NCBI RefSeq assembly: GCF_009914755.1
Contig: NC_060927.1
DNA: 64,000 nucleotides
Strand: one strand, 5' to 3'
Source: the human T2T-CHM13v2.0 reference genome, Homo sapiens
Shown here piece after piece: positions 24,711 to 41,850 of the stretch; the first letter of the stretch is position 1; every line of letters starts with the position of its first letter. The translations under genes and the position numbers were made by a program. The notes beneath the pieces were generated by a model. That model made no database searches. It saw only the letters and a list, made by a program, of their open reading frames with translations, and was not told the DNA's origin.

Positions 24711-27301
24711 TGAGACACATCAACTCCTCCACTCAGCAGGGGGAGGGTGGGGGTGGAGAACCACGCAGAACTGTCTATCACCGCTTCCTGGGAGGAGTGA
24801 AGGGGGAGTGGGGAGGCGGAGGAGGCGTGGTCTTGGACTGGGGAGAGGCCGCGCTTCCTGACCCGGTCCCTCTGCACCAGCGTGGAGGGGGGAGGGGCGC
24901 GCACCCTTTCCGCCCAGGCTTTTGCGGGCTCCTCGGGCCGAACCCGAAGGGGCTGTTCCTGAACCTTGACTTGTTATCATAGGGACCCAAGCTCTATTTT
25001 TGTGTGGCCAATTCGTGCACTGCAGCAAAATGGCCCTTCAGTCGCGTCTTGGGGTTTCTCCTCGGTTCAAATGCTCTCGCGCTGAGAAAAAGCCGGAGGA
25101 AAAAAAAGCGACACCCTCCCTCCCCCATTAATTATTTGTGGGGCCGGAGTAACGCGGGCTGGTGCAACCGGTGCATATAAGGACTTGTGTGCAAGGAAGG
25201 GGATCCGCCTCCAGGCGCGGAAAGAGTAGGGAAGAAGCGCACACGCACAGTGCACCCAGCTGGGCGCTTCGGCAGTTTGCAGCTGCGGCGGGGTCGGGTC
25301 CACCCGCGGTCCCCGGAATGCCGGACGGCTGATCCCGGGTGCTGGTCACTCGCCGATTCGGGGCTGGGAAGGTTTGCCAGAAGCGGGAAAGATGGGAGAT
25401 CTGAGCGCTCTCTTGGCATCGCCACACCCAGGACTTGCTCGTGCCGCAATTCCCCACGGAAACAACCGAGTTGAAACGAGAAGCTTGCTCTCTGGGTGCA
25501 GTAGCTAGAAGGCTTCAGGTAACTCCAAAGCCAACACTGGGTGAGGCAACACACGCCGCCTCAGGACTCAGCATTTCTTTCAGGCTGCGTTTTCGTGGCA
25601 GACCTACCCAGATTGATGGAGAAAGTTTGGCTGGCGGATAAGAAGTAACGCGGAAGATGTGTACGTGAGAGCGATTTCACTTCACTCACTTTCTCATTTA
25701 AAGGTTGGATGTTTTACAGTGGTATACATGATTCTCCTTCTGTAATCAAGAGTGGGAAGTCGCTTCCCCCAATCCCCGCGCAGCCCTTCTTCTCCCGCCT
25801 TAGCCATGCAAAATACCTAGAAAGAAAACACTAAAACTGAACTTTTTTCCAAATACAGCAGTAGCTTTGAAAGCATTCTTTGCTCCTCTGTTAACAGCAG
25901 AATGTAATTCTGACCACTGCACTGATGGTTTCTTAATCATGCAGTATGAAGATCAGCTTCAAAATAAGTCTTATGAATGAATGAATGAAAGCCAGTGCAG
26001 TTAGTTCATCATGACTGCAGACATTAGAGGACTTTGAAACAACCTTTGGTGTACATTGTACTGTTTTTGTTACTGATATTGTATGTATTCATATGCATTG
26101 TGGATCATGCACCATGAAACTTGAAAATTGTTCCAACATCTCAATGGCCACAACAGTTTGGTAGCTTTTGCCTGTAAACGTTGTATGTAAACATTTGAAC
26201 GTGTTATACTAAATTACTAAACTCATTTTTTACTAAAATCATCTGGTTCGACATAGTAAGTAACGTGCAGTAAGCCACCACGTCGAAATGAAAAAAAAAA
26301 AACAGATTATTTCCCATCATTGTCTTTGTTTTTTTCTCTTCTGTGTTCCTGTTTTTTTACCGTTCATCTAGACAACAGGTTAATGTATTGTCTCAGGGTT
26401 GAAAGAAGATAATTTAAGATCAAGTATTAAGATCTATAAACAACTATTTTTTTAAAACTGCAAACATAAGGAAATATGAGTTAAATATTTTTTCCATGGA
26501 AAGCCTTCGTTTTATACTCATGATTATATTTGAAACATCACAAACAGATCAACTTTTTTGACATTAGTGAGCTGTTTGGGCCACGAGGGTGCCAAGTTGG
26601 CATTCAGATTTAGTTTAGTTTTAGATGAGAAAGTTATAGATGCAGTATGATGCCAGGTGCTAAATGGAGGAGGGCTTCCTAAGAGCCTGAGAAGTTGATG
26701 AGACAGCCAGGGGAAGGCAGGGGTGTGGGCTGCAGGAAATACCATAAAAGGAGAGATTGCAGTATCAAAGGGACCTCCAACTGGTAAAGGAAGGTGAGAA
26801 GGAGGAACTTGAACTTTTTCCTTTTGGTCAAGTGTGTATCAAATTTCAGCTATTCCAGTATAAATTTCCTAATTTTTTCCTATGTCTCTGTATTGCCTGT
26901 ACTATTACCACTTACTTAACATTTTTCTTTAAATCAACACTTTTTTCTTACACTTAATATAAAAGAAAACATAAATCACTACTCTAAATGGAAAGCCAAC
27001 AACATTTGCTTTGAAAAAAAAAGGGGGGAGGAAACCATTAAAATAAATATAATGGAAAATAAAGAAGTATTATTAAATTCTAGCTAGCCATCAATTCCTG
27101 CTCTGGGCTTCTAGCCTAAGGCCTACTCTTAGTTTGTTAAAAGAGAGAATAGCAAATACCAGGAAAAACATTCAAGACTTGAGATTTTTTTCTTGACGTA
27201 ATCTGAAGGATTAAGAGAACTGACACCATTTATGTGCAGTTTGAAAACCTGCCGAATAATACACTATGCTGTTTACATATGTATAAATATGTAGTAAACT
27301 A

Positions 27302-28088
<787 letters not shown>

Positions 28089-28136
28089 AAGTAATTTAAG
28101 TAACATGGAGAATAAATCCAGAAGGCCCAATATTCA

Positions 28137-28520
<384 letters not shown>

Positions 28521-28691
28521 TTAGCTCTGAGCCAAATGCATAGGTAAAAAATAACACACTTAAACACCTCACAGTGAGATTTCAGAGCATGAAGGATAAA
28601 AAGTAAATCTTAACTGGATTACCTTCTCATCAGCAACAATGGATGCTAATAGACAATGGAACAGTATTCTAAGGAAATCATTGTAATGGTG

Positions 28692-29000
28692 TTTTGTCTT
28701 GTTTTGTTTTGTTTTTGAGACACAGTCTCTCTCTGTCACCCAGACTGGAGTGTGTGGCTGGCTCATTGCAGGACCTCAGTGAGTTCAAGCTATCCTCCCA
28801 CCTTAACTACCCCACCACCACCCAATAACTGAGCTGGGACCACAAGTGCGTGCTGCCATGCCTGGCTAATTTTTTTTTTTTTTTTTTTTTTTTTAGAGCT
28901 GGAGTCTCAGTAAGTTTCCTTGGCTGCTCTCAAATTCCTGGGATTCCACCTCGGCTTCCCAAAATGTTGGAATTACAGGTGCAAGCCACCACGCCCAGCC
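28692..29000 (-). mobile_element. AluJ (degenerate)
   Basis: Reverse dimer with an expanded central T tract. Confidence 0.85.
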
Positions 29001-29374
29001 TCTAAGGGAATTGTTTTTAACCTAGACTACCAAACTAAATTAGCACTTAAGAGAGGGTACAAAATAATGACACATATTTTCAGATATGTAAGAGTTGAGA
29101 TTGCTGCCCATCCTTGAAATTACTTTTAGAGAATGTCTTCCACCAAAGAGTAAACTGAATCCAAAAACAAAGTGTGTGTTACAAAAGACAATGATAAACA
29201 AAGGTAGCAAACTCTGTTACCTGCTCAAAGCCATTCTTTCTTCCTTACTAGTAAAACACCGATTTTGACAATTTACCCTCCATGTGTGTAAAACATATAG
29301 ATTCTCCCCAGCCCCATTCTATTCTCTCTCCTAATGATTGGTTTAGACATAGGCATATCATTCAACACTGACTA

Positions 29375-30522
<1,148 letters not shown>

Positions 30523-31563
30523 TTATTTTCAGACAGGGTTGTGTGAGGATATAATAGCTGGAACTATAGAAGTCTTCTTCCTACCAGGGTGGGAGGAGCT
30601 TCAAAAAAAGTGAAAAGATGAAAAGAACCTGGATCCTGCATGACACCATTGAATCACTACATTAACTAACCCAGGAACAAACTGTCTTTGAATTTCTTTT
30701 TGTGTGACATAAGTTTTTCTCATGGTTTAAGTCAGCTTTAGTGGAGTATTCTGTTTTTTGCACCCAACCACTTTCTGTTATAGAAAATTTTAAATTTTTA
30801 ATTGTTTTCATCATTGCTAGTTAATAAAAATAAATAATGATAGTCTATAACTAAATGATGTTATCACAAGGATAAAAGGCAAGAAGAGGAGGAAAAGCAT
30901 GCTAAGATTTTTTTGTCTTATTTGGAGATGTATATAGATACTATCTCTAAACACAGAAAAGTATATCAATTATGCATAATAAACATAAGGTCACCACATA
31001 GATGGATACAAATTGGATGTTTAAAGTACAGGCTACTTGAATGGAAAAAAAATGAAACAAGAGTAACTATGAATTCAATAAAATAAAGAAAAGAAAAAAT
31101 ATCAACCAGAATGAGTAGTATGAAGAACAAGTTTTTAGAGTGGTGGGGCCCACCCAGTATCCATTCTGCTTTGGTATACTGTGGTAGGCAGAATAATGGC
31201 CCCTCATCGACGTCCACGTTCCAATCTCTGGAACCTGTAATTACGTTACCTTACAAGGCAAGAGGGACTGTGCAGATGTGATTCAGTTAAGGCATTTGAG
31301 ATGAGGAGATTTTCCTGGATTATCAGAGTAAACCCAAGTAATCACAAAGTTCCTTAAAAGTAAAAGAGGGAGTCAGAAAAGGACTCAGAGTTAGAGGAAG
31401 ATGTAATATGAAAAAGGCACTGAGAAATATAACATTGCTGGCTTTGAAAATGAAGGAAGGGGCACACATACACCAAGGAATATGGGCAGCCACTAGAAGC
31501 TGAATCAGGCAAGGAAGCACATTGTCCCCGGGAGCCTCCAGAAAGGAATGCAGCCCTGATAAC

Positions 31564-32190
<627 letters not shown>

Positions 32191-32630
32191 TGATTTTAGC
32201 CCAGAAAGACCCATTTTGGACTTCTGACTATAGGATAATAGATTTGTGTTATTTAAGTAAAGCCACTAATTTTGAGGTGATTTGTCACAGCAGTGATTTA
32301 AAAAAATGAATACAAACTTCTTTTATCCATTTTTATTTTTAAATCATTGTCTCTTTTCCCTTGGTTACAGATTATTGTGGCTGTCACTCAGGTTTTCTGC
32401 TCATTGGTAGACAAAGGGTGAGGAGGTGACTGAAATTGGAACAGTGGAAGGACCCTTCACCAAAACCTGGAACTTCAGAAGAATGGCAGGGCTGAAAATG
32501 ATTAGTGTTAATTCATTCCAGTTGTGTTACCCTACCCATAAGGTATGACTAGAGACCACTCCTCTTTCCTAGTTCGAGGAATAGGAAGCCTTGTTTCCTT
32601 GTATCTTGTTCGTTTCCAAACTTGGTTCTC

Positions 32631-33174
32631 TGTGCTAGTTATTTATTGCTTTATAACAAACAAACCACCTCTAAACTCAATGACTTAAAACAGTAACAGT
32701 CATTTCTGTAGCTTGAAAATGTGTAATTTGGGCAGGATTTCGTGGGGAATTCTCATTTGCTCCACAGAGCATGAGGTAGGGCTGGAGGACCCACTTCCAA
32801 AATGGCTTGCTCACATGCCTAGCAAGTGTGGTGTTAGGCTATCAGGAGTGCTCAGCCAGGGCTGATGGCTGGGAGCTTCTCTTCCTCTCCGGGTGGGTCT
32901 CTCCACGGTCTGTTGGAGCTTCTTCATGGCATAGTGTCTGAGTTGCAAGAACAAGCATCCCATGAGAACCAGGTAGAAGCTGTATTTCCTTTTCTGACCT
33001 AGCCTCAGAAGTCATGCGACTTCATTTCCACCACTGTCATGAATCTACCCGGACTCAAGGGGAGGATGCAGAGATGCCACCTTTCAATAAGAGGATTATC
33101 TAAGTTGCACTGAAGAAGAGCATGTGGGATGGAAGATACTATTGCAGTATTTTTGGAAACTAAAGCCTACCATA
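32631..33174 (-). mobile_element. Old MLT1 LTR
   Basis: Reverse-orientation motifs tattgctttataacaaac, tgacctagcctcagaagtca and gagcatgtgggatgg. Confidence 0.7.
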
Positions 33175-34648
33175 TTCTTCAAGCCTTACCATCAATTCTG
33201 TGTCCTCAGCATTCTCCCCTTTGCTCACGTTAGCGAGAGTTAGTTTCTACTTTTGCTTGTAACCATAGAATAATGTAGCTGGCATAAGCACAAACATATC
33301 AGAATAAGTATAAATATTTAAACTTCCTTATTAAAAGACAGAAGCTCTCAGAATTTGTAGAAACAAAGCAAAACAACCCCAATAAATTAAGAATGTGGAT
33401 GCTTTTCAAATCTCTCACAGAAAATTAACAACATTGGACCAGGCCAAAAAGTATGCTTTTTATAATTTCCCAAAAGCAACAATCATACATACCATATTAT
33501 TAGTAGATTTCAACATTCATGTAACAGATCCATCTAAATCTGTAATTCTCAATTATTGAAACTTTTTCACTAGAATGACTTTAGTTTCTCATTATACTTA
33601 AAGTTACTCCCAGAGGCCCACCCAAGAATTTATCATCATCTTGAACAGCTTTTCTTTAGAAAATAAAGCTCCAATTTTCCTTTGTCCAATTAGTCTACCC
33701 TTCCAGCTCCCCGGCAGCCTTCACTGACATTACTGCTGTTTTTCACTGACATTACCGCTGCCTTACAAAGACTCTATTTCTGTACATTGGTAGCATTCTT
33801 CATTATTTTCCAATTGGTCTTACCTCTTACCCTTCCTCTTTCCAATTTTGTGCTGGACCTCAGACTGCCTGAAGGAGCCTGAACTTCCACGTGCTGTCTT
33901 CCATATAATGTGATCTGAGGTGAAGAGCATGGTCCCTGGAGTTGAACTGCCTGAAGTAAATCCCAAAATAGAAAAATAAAGATAAAACAGTGGTTTTATT
34001 GTTTTTATTTCTTGTTTCTCATTGATAGGTAGATAGAGAGTTTTCTTTAAAAGCCTAGTGCTTTTGGGATAATAATGGCAAGTGATTACATCTCTTTTGT
34101 ATTAAATAGGTTTGGAGCAATTTTCTTAATTATCTGGTACTATTTAAACTCAAAGGCAAACACAACACTCTATCTAAAATACCAGTATTACACTTTCCCT
34201 AAATGCAGAAAACTATTTTTACTAAAAATTTGGCAAGCACTTTCAAAACAGCATTTTTCTGTTTTCATTCCTTGAGAATTTCCTAACAAGTATGCATAGA
34301 AATTTTAATATAGAGCTTTAATCCTTCAATATTTATTGTAAAAGTTTAATTGTTTATCCTATTTTTTTGGAAGTTGCTTAATCTTCTTAAATCCTAAAGC
34401 GGTTTTAAATGTAATTGTATTCTGGCCAAGTAATTGAGTTTTCAGCTTGCTTTCCCCTCAATATTTTCAGGATCTAACCTAGTATCCTGCAACAGTACAT
34501 ACATGCCTAGTCAATGACCAAACATACTGTAACTGAAATGATGAAAGGACATTTATTCTGATTACCAAGGCCTGTGCAGACTATGTCATAAGTCTGGGGT
34601 GCTTTGCTCCCTGCTGGCTATCTCAATGTGCTTTCACTTTTCCCATAT

Positions 34649-34961
<313 letters not shown>

Positions 34962-35169
34962 CCCATATAACTTTTTTACAGAACTGTGTCCTGTTTAATT
35001 TTAGGATTAAAATGTCCCATACCCCACCATACACGCAAAATAATTTTCAGTTCTTTTATTTCATGTTCCTATATTTGAATGGCATAACCCCAGGTTAGCT
35101 AGAGCTAGGGGAGGGGATGAGTAGCCTAACTGGACCTTTACATGAAGTCATAGGGTAGATAAAAGTGCT

Positions 35170-35300
35170 TATCAGACTTTTCAAGCTGGAAGGGAACTTA
35201 CAGATAAGCAACTCCAACCCCCTCATTTTACAGATAAGGAAACCAAGGTCCAGAAACACTATGTGACTTGCTCAGTGTCACAGACTTAGCACAGGAAAGG
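35170..35300 (-). mobile_element. MIR
   Basis: Motif cctcattttacagataaggaaaccaagg. Confidence 0.7.
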
Positions 35301-36727
35301 GCTTTGGGGACTGAAGACTTTGTGCTAAAAAAAGAAAAAAAAAAAAAAAAAGCAAGGCCTTATTTATCAGTATTGTCTCCCACCAGATTCCCCATATACT
35401 GTTTCTTCTACTCTACCATATTGTGTCCCAGACATTCAAAGTTCTTTCCACTTGTGTTGTGCTTTTTATCTTAAGGAAACCATACAAGTACAGAACTTGT
35501 TGTATTTCCCTTAACGTGTGGGCTGCCTGAGAGCTCCAAGCTAAATGAGTTGGTTTGCCATGCCTGGTACTGGCTCTTGGGTGGGAGAAAGTGCCAAAAA
35601 TGGAGTTGAGAGGCTTGGCTGGGTGGGTTCTTAAAGCCAGAGAACTCAGGGAACAAAGTAAGGAATGGGGAGTTGTTTGGATTCATTAGCCGAAGAAAAT
35701 AGAGGCCAAACCTCTCCAGAAATTTAACACACTCTCATCATGCAATTACATGGATGATTTTTAAGGTGGATGCTGGAAAATGCATTCTCTTTTGTTTAGT
35801 ACTTAAGACACCGTATTGTAGTTGCTGTCTTTCTTTTCTACCATGGAGCTGTTGATTGCAAGGATCCTTTCTTGCTCATCTCTTTTTCTCTAGTGCCTAG
35901 CATAATTGCCACAATAAAGTGGTGTGTATTTAAAAAATAAATCAATAAATCAGTGTAGTGAAGTTGGTAAAGGTAGATGAAATGAGCCACTTTGAAGCCA
36001 GAAAATTCTGGACAAATCTTTTAAGTCCCCTAAGTGTCAACATTTTATGTTTGTTATAATTTCACGTGGCTAGTTGATTCTGAGAATAAACCAAGATTCC
36101 CATTGCTGATACTCTATCCAAAGCTGATAATAAAAATTAATTATAGATCCATCTTTCTCATCTAGTCACAGAGTGTAAATTAATTCACTCATTCATATAT
36201 TCATTCATCAAAAACATGGATTGAATACAAAGATCATCAAGATGGCCTCTGCCCTTTATAATTTAGGCAGTGTTTCTGAAAGTATGATCTCTGATGCACT
36301 GACATCAAAGAGGGGAGCAGGGCTTGATTAACATGTAGATTCCCAGAGTGTGGGGGGCCAGGGCTCAGGAATAAACATAATGAAACTTAGGTAAGATGTA
36401 CAGAGAGTATAAGAGCTGAGAGGGGTGGAAAGGATTCAGAGACAGAGTCTAGGACATGGAGAAACTAAAAGAGGATCCTAAAGCTGGTTGGGCAGAGGTT
36501 CTAGGCCTTTGTAGATGTTAATGAGTTAGTGATTAAGTGATGTTGTTAGTGAGCTAGTGACTTGTAGATGTTATGAGTGAGTTAGTGAGTAAGGAAGACC
36601 CTGAAAAGTTGCTTAGTGTCCTTTGTCTTCCACTCTGTCACTTATAACGGAGGCAGCCTGGCCACACCGTGCTGGAACTCTTCAAAGCTCTCACAGAACC
36701 AGACCAAAGGCTTTTTCTGTTGAATAG

Positions 36728-37058
36728 TGCTATGGTCTAAATTTCTGTGTCTCCCCAAGCTCATAGGTTGAAATCCTAACCCCTAGGACAAGAGGTGGGG
36801 CCTTTGGGAAGTGATTAGGTCATGAGTGGGATTAGTGCCCTTATAAAAAAGGCCAAAGAGATCCTTATCCTTTCCCCCATATGAGGACACGTGAGAAGGT
36901 GCTGCCTATGAGGAAGCAAGCCTTCATCAAACATGGAATCTGCAGGCATCTTGATCTCGGACTTTCTAGCCTCCAGCACTGTAAGAAACAAATGTCTGTT
37001 GTTTATAAGCCACCCAGCTTATGGTGTTTTGTTATAGCAGCCCAGATGCACTAAGACA
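36728..37058 (+). mobile_element. MLT1A0-like LTR
   Basis: tgctatggtctaaat ... ttgttatagcagcccagatgcactaagaca. Confidence 0.85.
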
Positions 37059-37376
37059 GGCTCAGCCAAAGCAAGAGTCAACCTTGCTCCAGAAAGGTAG
37101 TAGAGCTCTTGGCTCTTCAGCAATCAGGCTGTCCTATTATTTCATCCTTTTAAGCCATACCAGAACCTTTTACCTCTAGCTTAATACCTAGAACATGGGA
37201 CATTTTTAAGTTGAGTTCATGCTTCCCTTTGTCTTTGTCCGCAGACTGACACAGCCTGGAAAAACAATCATGAGTCCATTCTATGGCGACCTTTTTGTTA
37301 AATCCCTCTAGCAGGTGACACAAATTAATTCAAGCCCATCCTTCTCAAGTTGTGCCTTGCAGTTGCTCTGTTTTCT

Positions 37377-37642
37377 TTTTTTCTTCATGAGACAGAGCCT
37401 TGCTCTGTTGCCCAGGCTGGAGTGCAGTGGCACGATCTTGGCTCACTGAAACCTCTGCCTCAGCCTCCTGAGTAGCTGGGACTACAGGTGCCTGCCACCA
37501 TGCCAGGATAATTTTTGTACTTTCAGTAGAGACGGGGTTTCAGCATGTTGGCCAGGCTGGTCTTGAACTTCTGACTAGGTGATCTGCCCGCCTCAGCCTC
37601 TCAAAGTGCTGGGATTACAGGCATGAGCCACCGAGCCCAGCC
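37377..37642 (-). mobile_element. AluS with internal deletion
   Basis: 19-bp TSD tgcagttgctctgttttct (37358-37376 and 37643-37661). Confidence 0.92.
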
Positions 37643-37933
37643 TGCAGTTGCTCTGTTTTCTGATGGATATGTCCTGGGAATATGAGCATCTCTCTGCTTG
37701 AAATCTCAGCCTGAAAGCCTTCTGCAGTTTAGGAGGAAAATTCCTTTGATGATTCTTTTATTTTTTAACTCTTATTTTGAAAAATTCTAAACATATGCAA
37801 AAGTAGAGTATATCTGATTTCCCTTTATACATCACCAGTTTCAACAGCCATTAGAGTGTTATCATACTTATTTTTATCTATTTCTCCTCCTCATGCTTTT
37901 TTTCTTTCCTAAACCATTTTAAAACAAATATTT

Positions 37934-38180
<247 letters not shown>

Positions 38181-38229
38181 TATATATATTTGGCATCATG
38201 TCATTTTACTTCTAAATATTTCAGTATGG

Positions 38230-38635
38230 ATCTCAAAAAAGAAGGAGGGATTTAAATATGGGCTGTGCTTAGTGACATGCTTCCAAAGCATAGAGGATGG
38301 AAATGGGGGGAGATGTAACTTTACAGTGGAGAAACCTAGTAAACAGCAAATACTACCTTGGTCAGGTGATCAAGATTAACATCATTAGTGATAAGTCATG
38401 TGGACAGCATGTATCTTTGATATGATATAATGAAAAAGATACTAGTCAAATACAAATAAATTGTGTAGTTTAGTTAATAGTAATGTGCCTATGTTGGTTC
38501 CTTAGCTGTGACACATGTCCCAGAGTGATGTAAGATGCTCACGAAAGGAGAAACTAGGTACAGAGTATGTAGGAACTCTATACTATCTGCAAATTTTTGG
38601 TACTCTAAAATGTTTTAAGTTTATTATTTAAAAGG
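38230..38635 (+). mobile_element. L1MC-like 3' fragment
   Basis: Motifs gtaactttacagtggagaaacct, gtaagatgct and ggaactctatactatctgca. Confidence 0.7.
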
Positions 38636-39568
38636 GAAGCAGGACAACTACAGTGCTACTATCACACTTAAAAAGAAAAGTTGCCCCAAACCAGGTCACA
38701 GACATAACATTTTTGCATGGTGGAATTCATAACCACCTTCTGCAAAATGTATATTGCAAAGTGTATTAATAGTTAAACATCCAAAAAATGTATTGAGACA
38801 CCACCCTTTAAATAAAGCCTTCAAATCTAAACTATATGCTAGTACCCAAGAACCATCTGAAAGCCAACATGCTTTTTCAGGTGTGTGAAACATGCTGTCA
38901 AGGTTGTGTGTTGATTGCAGTGAAGATTTTTAAAGAGAAAAATTTTCTATTTTATTGTCATATAATAATTACGTTAATACCTCCTATCTGAATAATACCA
39001 ACAGTTTACACAGAAGTTTCATATGCACCTTCTTACTTACCCCTCACAATAAAGTAGATATTATCATTATACTCTTTCACAGATGTAGAAAGTGAACAGG
39101 AAAGTAAATCGCAATGGTTTTCAAATGTTCTGCAGACTAGAAAATTCTTATCAAGTCAGATACCATGTAGACCAGTGGAACAGATTAGAGAACCCAGAAA
39201 TAAAGCTGCATACTTAACAACCACTTGATCTTCAACAAACCCAACAAAAGCAATGAGGAAAAGACTCCCTATTCAACACATCGTGCTGACATAACTGATA
39301 CATATGGATACATATGCAGAAGAATAAAACTGGGCGCCTACATATCACCAAGTACAAAAAATTAACCCAAGATGGATTAAAGGCTTAAATGTAAGTCCTC
39401 AAACCATTAATATAAAAAGCCTAGAAGAAAACCTAGGAATTACCCCTCTTGATACTGGGCTTGGCAAAAAAATTTTGGTTAAGTCCCCCAAAGCAATGAC
39501 AACAAAACCAAAAATTGATAAATGGGACCTGAGCTTCTGCATAGCAAAACAAACTATCAAGGAAGTAG

Positions 39569-39923
<355 letters not shown>

Positions 39924-40470
39924 CTATGCATCCAACAAAGGTCTAATGTCCAGACTCTACAAGGAACTTAAACAAATTAACAATCAAAAAACAACCCCGT
40001 TAAAAAGTGAGCAAAGGACATGAACAGACAATTTTCAAAAGAAGACATACAAGGGGCCAACAAACGAAAAAAGCTCATCATCACTAATCCTCAGATAGAT
40101 GCAAATTAAGACCTCAATGAGTGCCATCTCACACCTGTCAGAACGGTTTTTGTTAAAAAGTCAAAAAATAACAGATGTTGGCAAGGCTGTGGAAAAAAGG
40201 GGATACTTATACACTGTTGGTGGGAATGTAAATTAGTCCAGCCACTGCGGAAAGCAGTTTGGAGATTTCTCAAAGAACTAAAAGTTGAGCTACTATTCAA
40301 CCTAGCAATACCATTACTGCCATTACTGGGTATACACCAAAAGGAAAATTAATTGTTCCACCAAAAGGACACATGCACCTGTATGTTCATTGCAGCACAA
40401 TTCACAGTAGTAAATACATGGAATCAACCTAGATGCCCACCAGCAGTGGACTGGATTTAAAAATGGTATC

Positions 40471-40592
40471 AGCCAGGTGTAGTGGCTCATGCCTGTAGTC
40501 CCATACTTTGGGAATCCAAGGCAGGAGGATTGCTTGAAACTAGGAGTTCAAGACCAGCCTGGGCAATATGGCAAGAGAGACTCTACAAAAAT
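40471..40592 (+). mobile_element. Alu left monomer (J-type/FLAM)
   Basis: agccaggtgtagtggctcatgcc...ctctacaaaaa; the right arm is replaced by AT-rich DNA. Confidence 0.85.
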
Positions 40593-41229
40593 TTGTTTTA
40601 ATTGTTTTAATTTAATGTTTATTTATTTTAATGTTTACTTAATTTAATGTTAATTTAATTTATTTAATGTTTATTTAATTTAATGTTTACTTATTTAATT
40701 TAATGTTTATTTTTGTTTATTTCAAGACTGTCTCGAAATAAACATTAAATTAAAAATAATTTTTTAATTATTTGAAATTAAATAATTTCATTGTCTCAAA
40801 AATAACTAAAATAATTATTAAATAATTAAAATAATTAATTAATATTTATTCAAATTATTTTATCATTATTTAAATTAAATATTGTTTAATAATTATTTTT
40901 GAGACACTGGTAAGGCTGTGGAGAAAGGGGGACACTTATACACTGTTGGTGGGAGTGTAAATTAGTCCAGTCACTGTGGAAAGCAGTTTGGAGATTTCTC
41001 AAAGAACTAAAAGTTGAGCTACCATTAATAAAAATAATTAAATTAAATTAACTAATTTAGTTAATAAAAATAATTAAATAATAAAATATTTGATAAATGT
41101 AATTAATTATATCTATTAATATTAGTTTATTTAATAAAGATAATATAATAAATACTTAATTGTTATTTAATTAGTTTAATTATTTAATAATTATTTTCAA
41201 GACACTTTGTCTTGAAATAAATAAATTTT

Positions 41230-41498
41230 ATTTTGCCCAGGCTGGAGTGCAATGGCACAATCATGGCTCATTGCAGCTTTGATTTCCTGGGCTCAAGTGA
41301 TCCACTTCAGCCTCCTGAGTAGCTAGGGCTACAGGCCAGTGCCACCATGCCTGGCTTTTTTTTTTTTTTTTTCAATTTTTTGTAGATGGGATCTCACTGT
41401 GTTACCCAGGCTGGTCTTGAACTCCTGAGCTCAAGCAATCATCCTGCTTCAGCCTCCCAAAGTGCCGAGATTAGAAGCTTGAGCCACTGTGCCTAGCC
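41230..41498 (-). mobile_element. AluJ lacking its 3' end
   Basis: ttgcccaggctggagtgcaatgg ... gagccactgtgcctagcc. Confidence 0.88.
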
Positions 41499-41530
41499 AA
41501 AAAATTTTTTTCAATTAAAAAAAAATTGTG

Positions 41531-41850
<320 letters not shown>

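Larger units (their letters stand above)
23700..25680. promoter_or_regulatory. CpG island / TNIK promoter
   Basis: High GC and CpG density around exon 1, GC boxes, CCAAT motifs (~24697, ~25009) and an E2F-like GCGGGAAA (25383-25390). Confidence 0.88.

Noticed and set aside
24365-25641. Overlapping Pro/Gly/Arg-rich ORFs on both strands
   Set aside because: Expected from stop-codon depletion in a CpG island; no recognisable domain.
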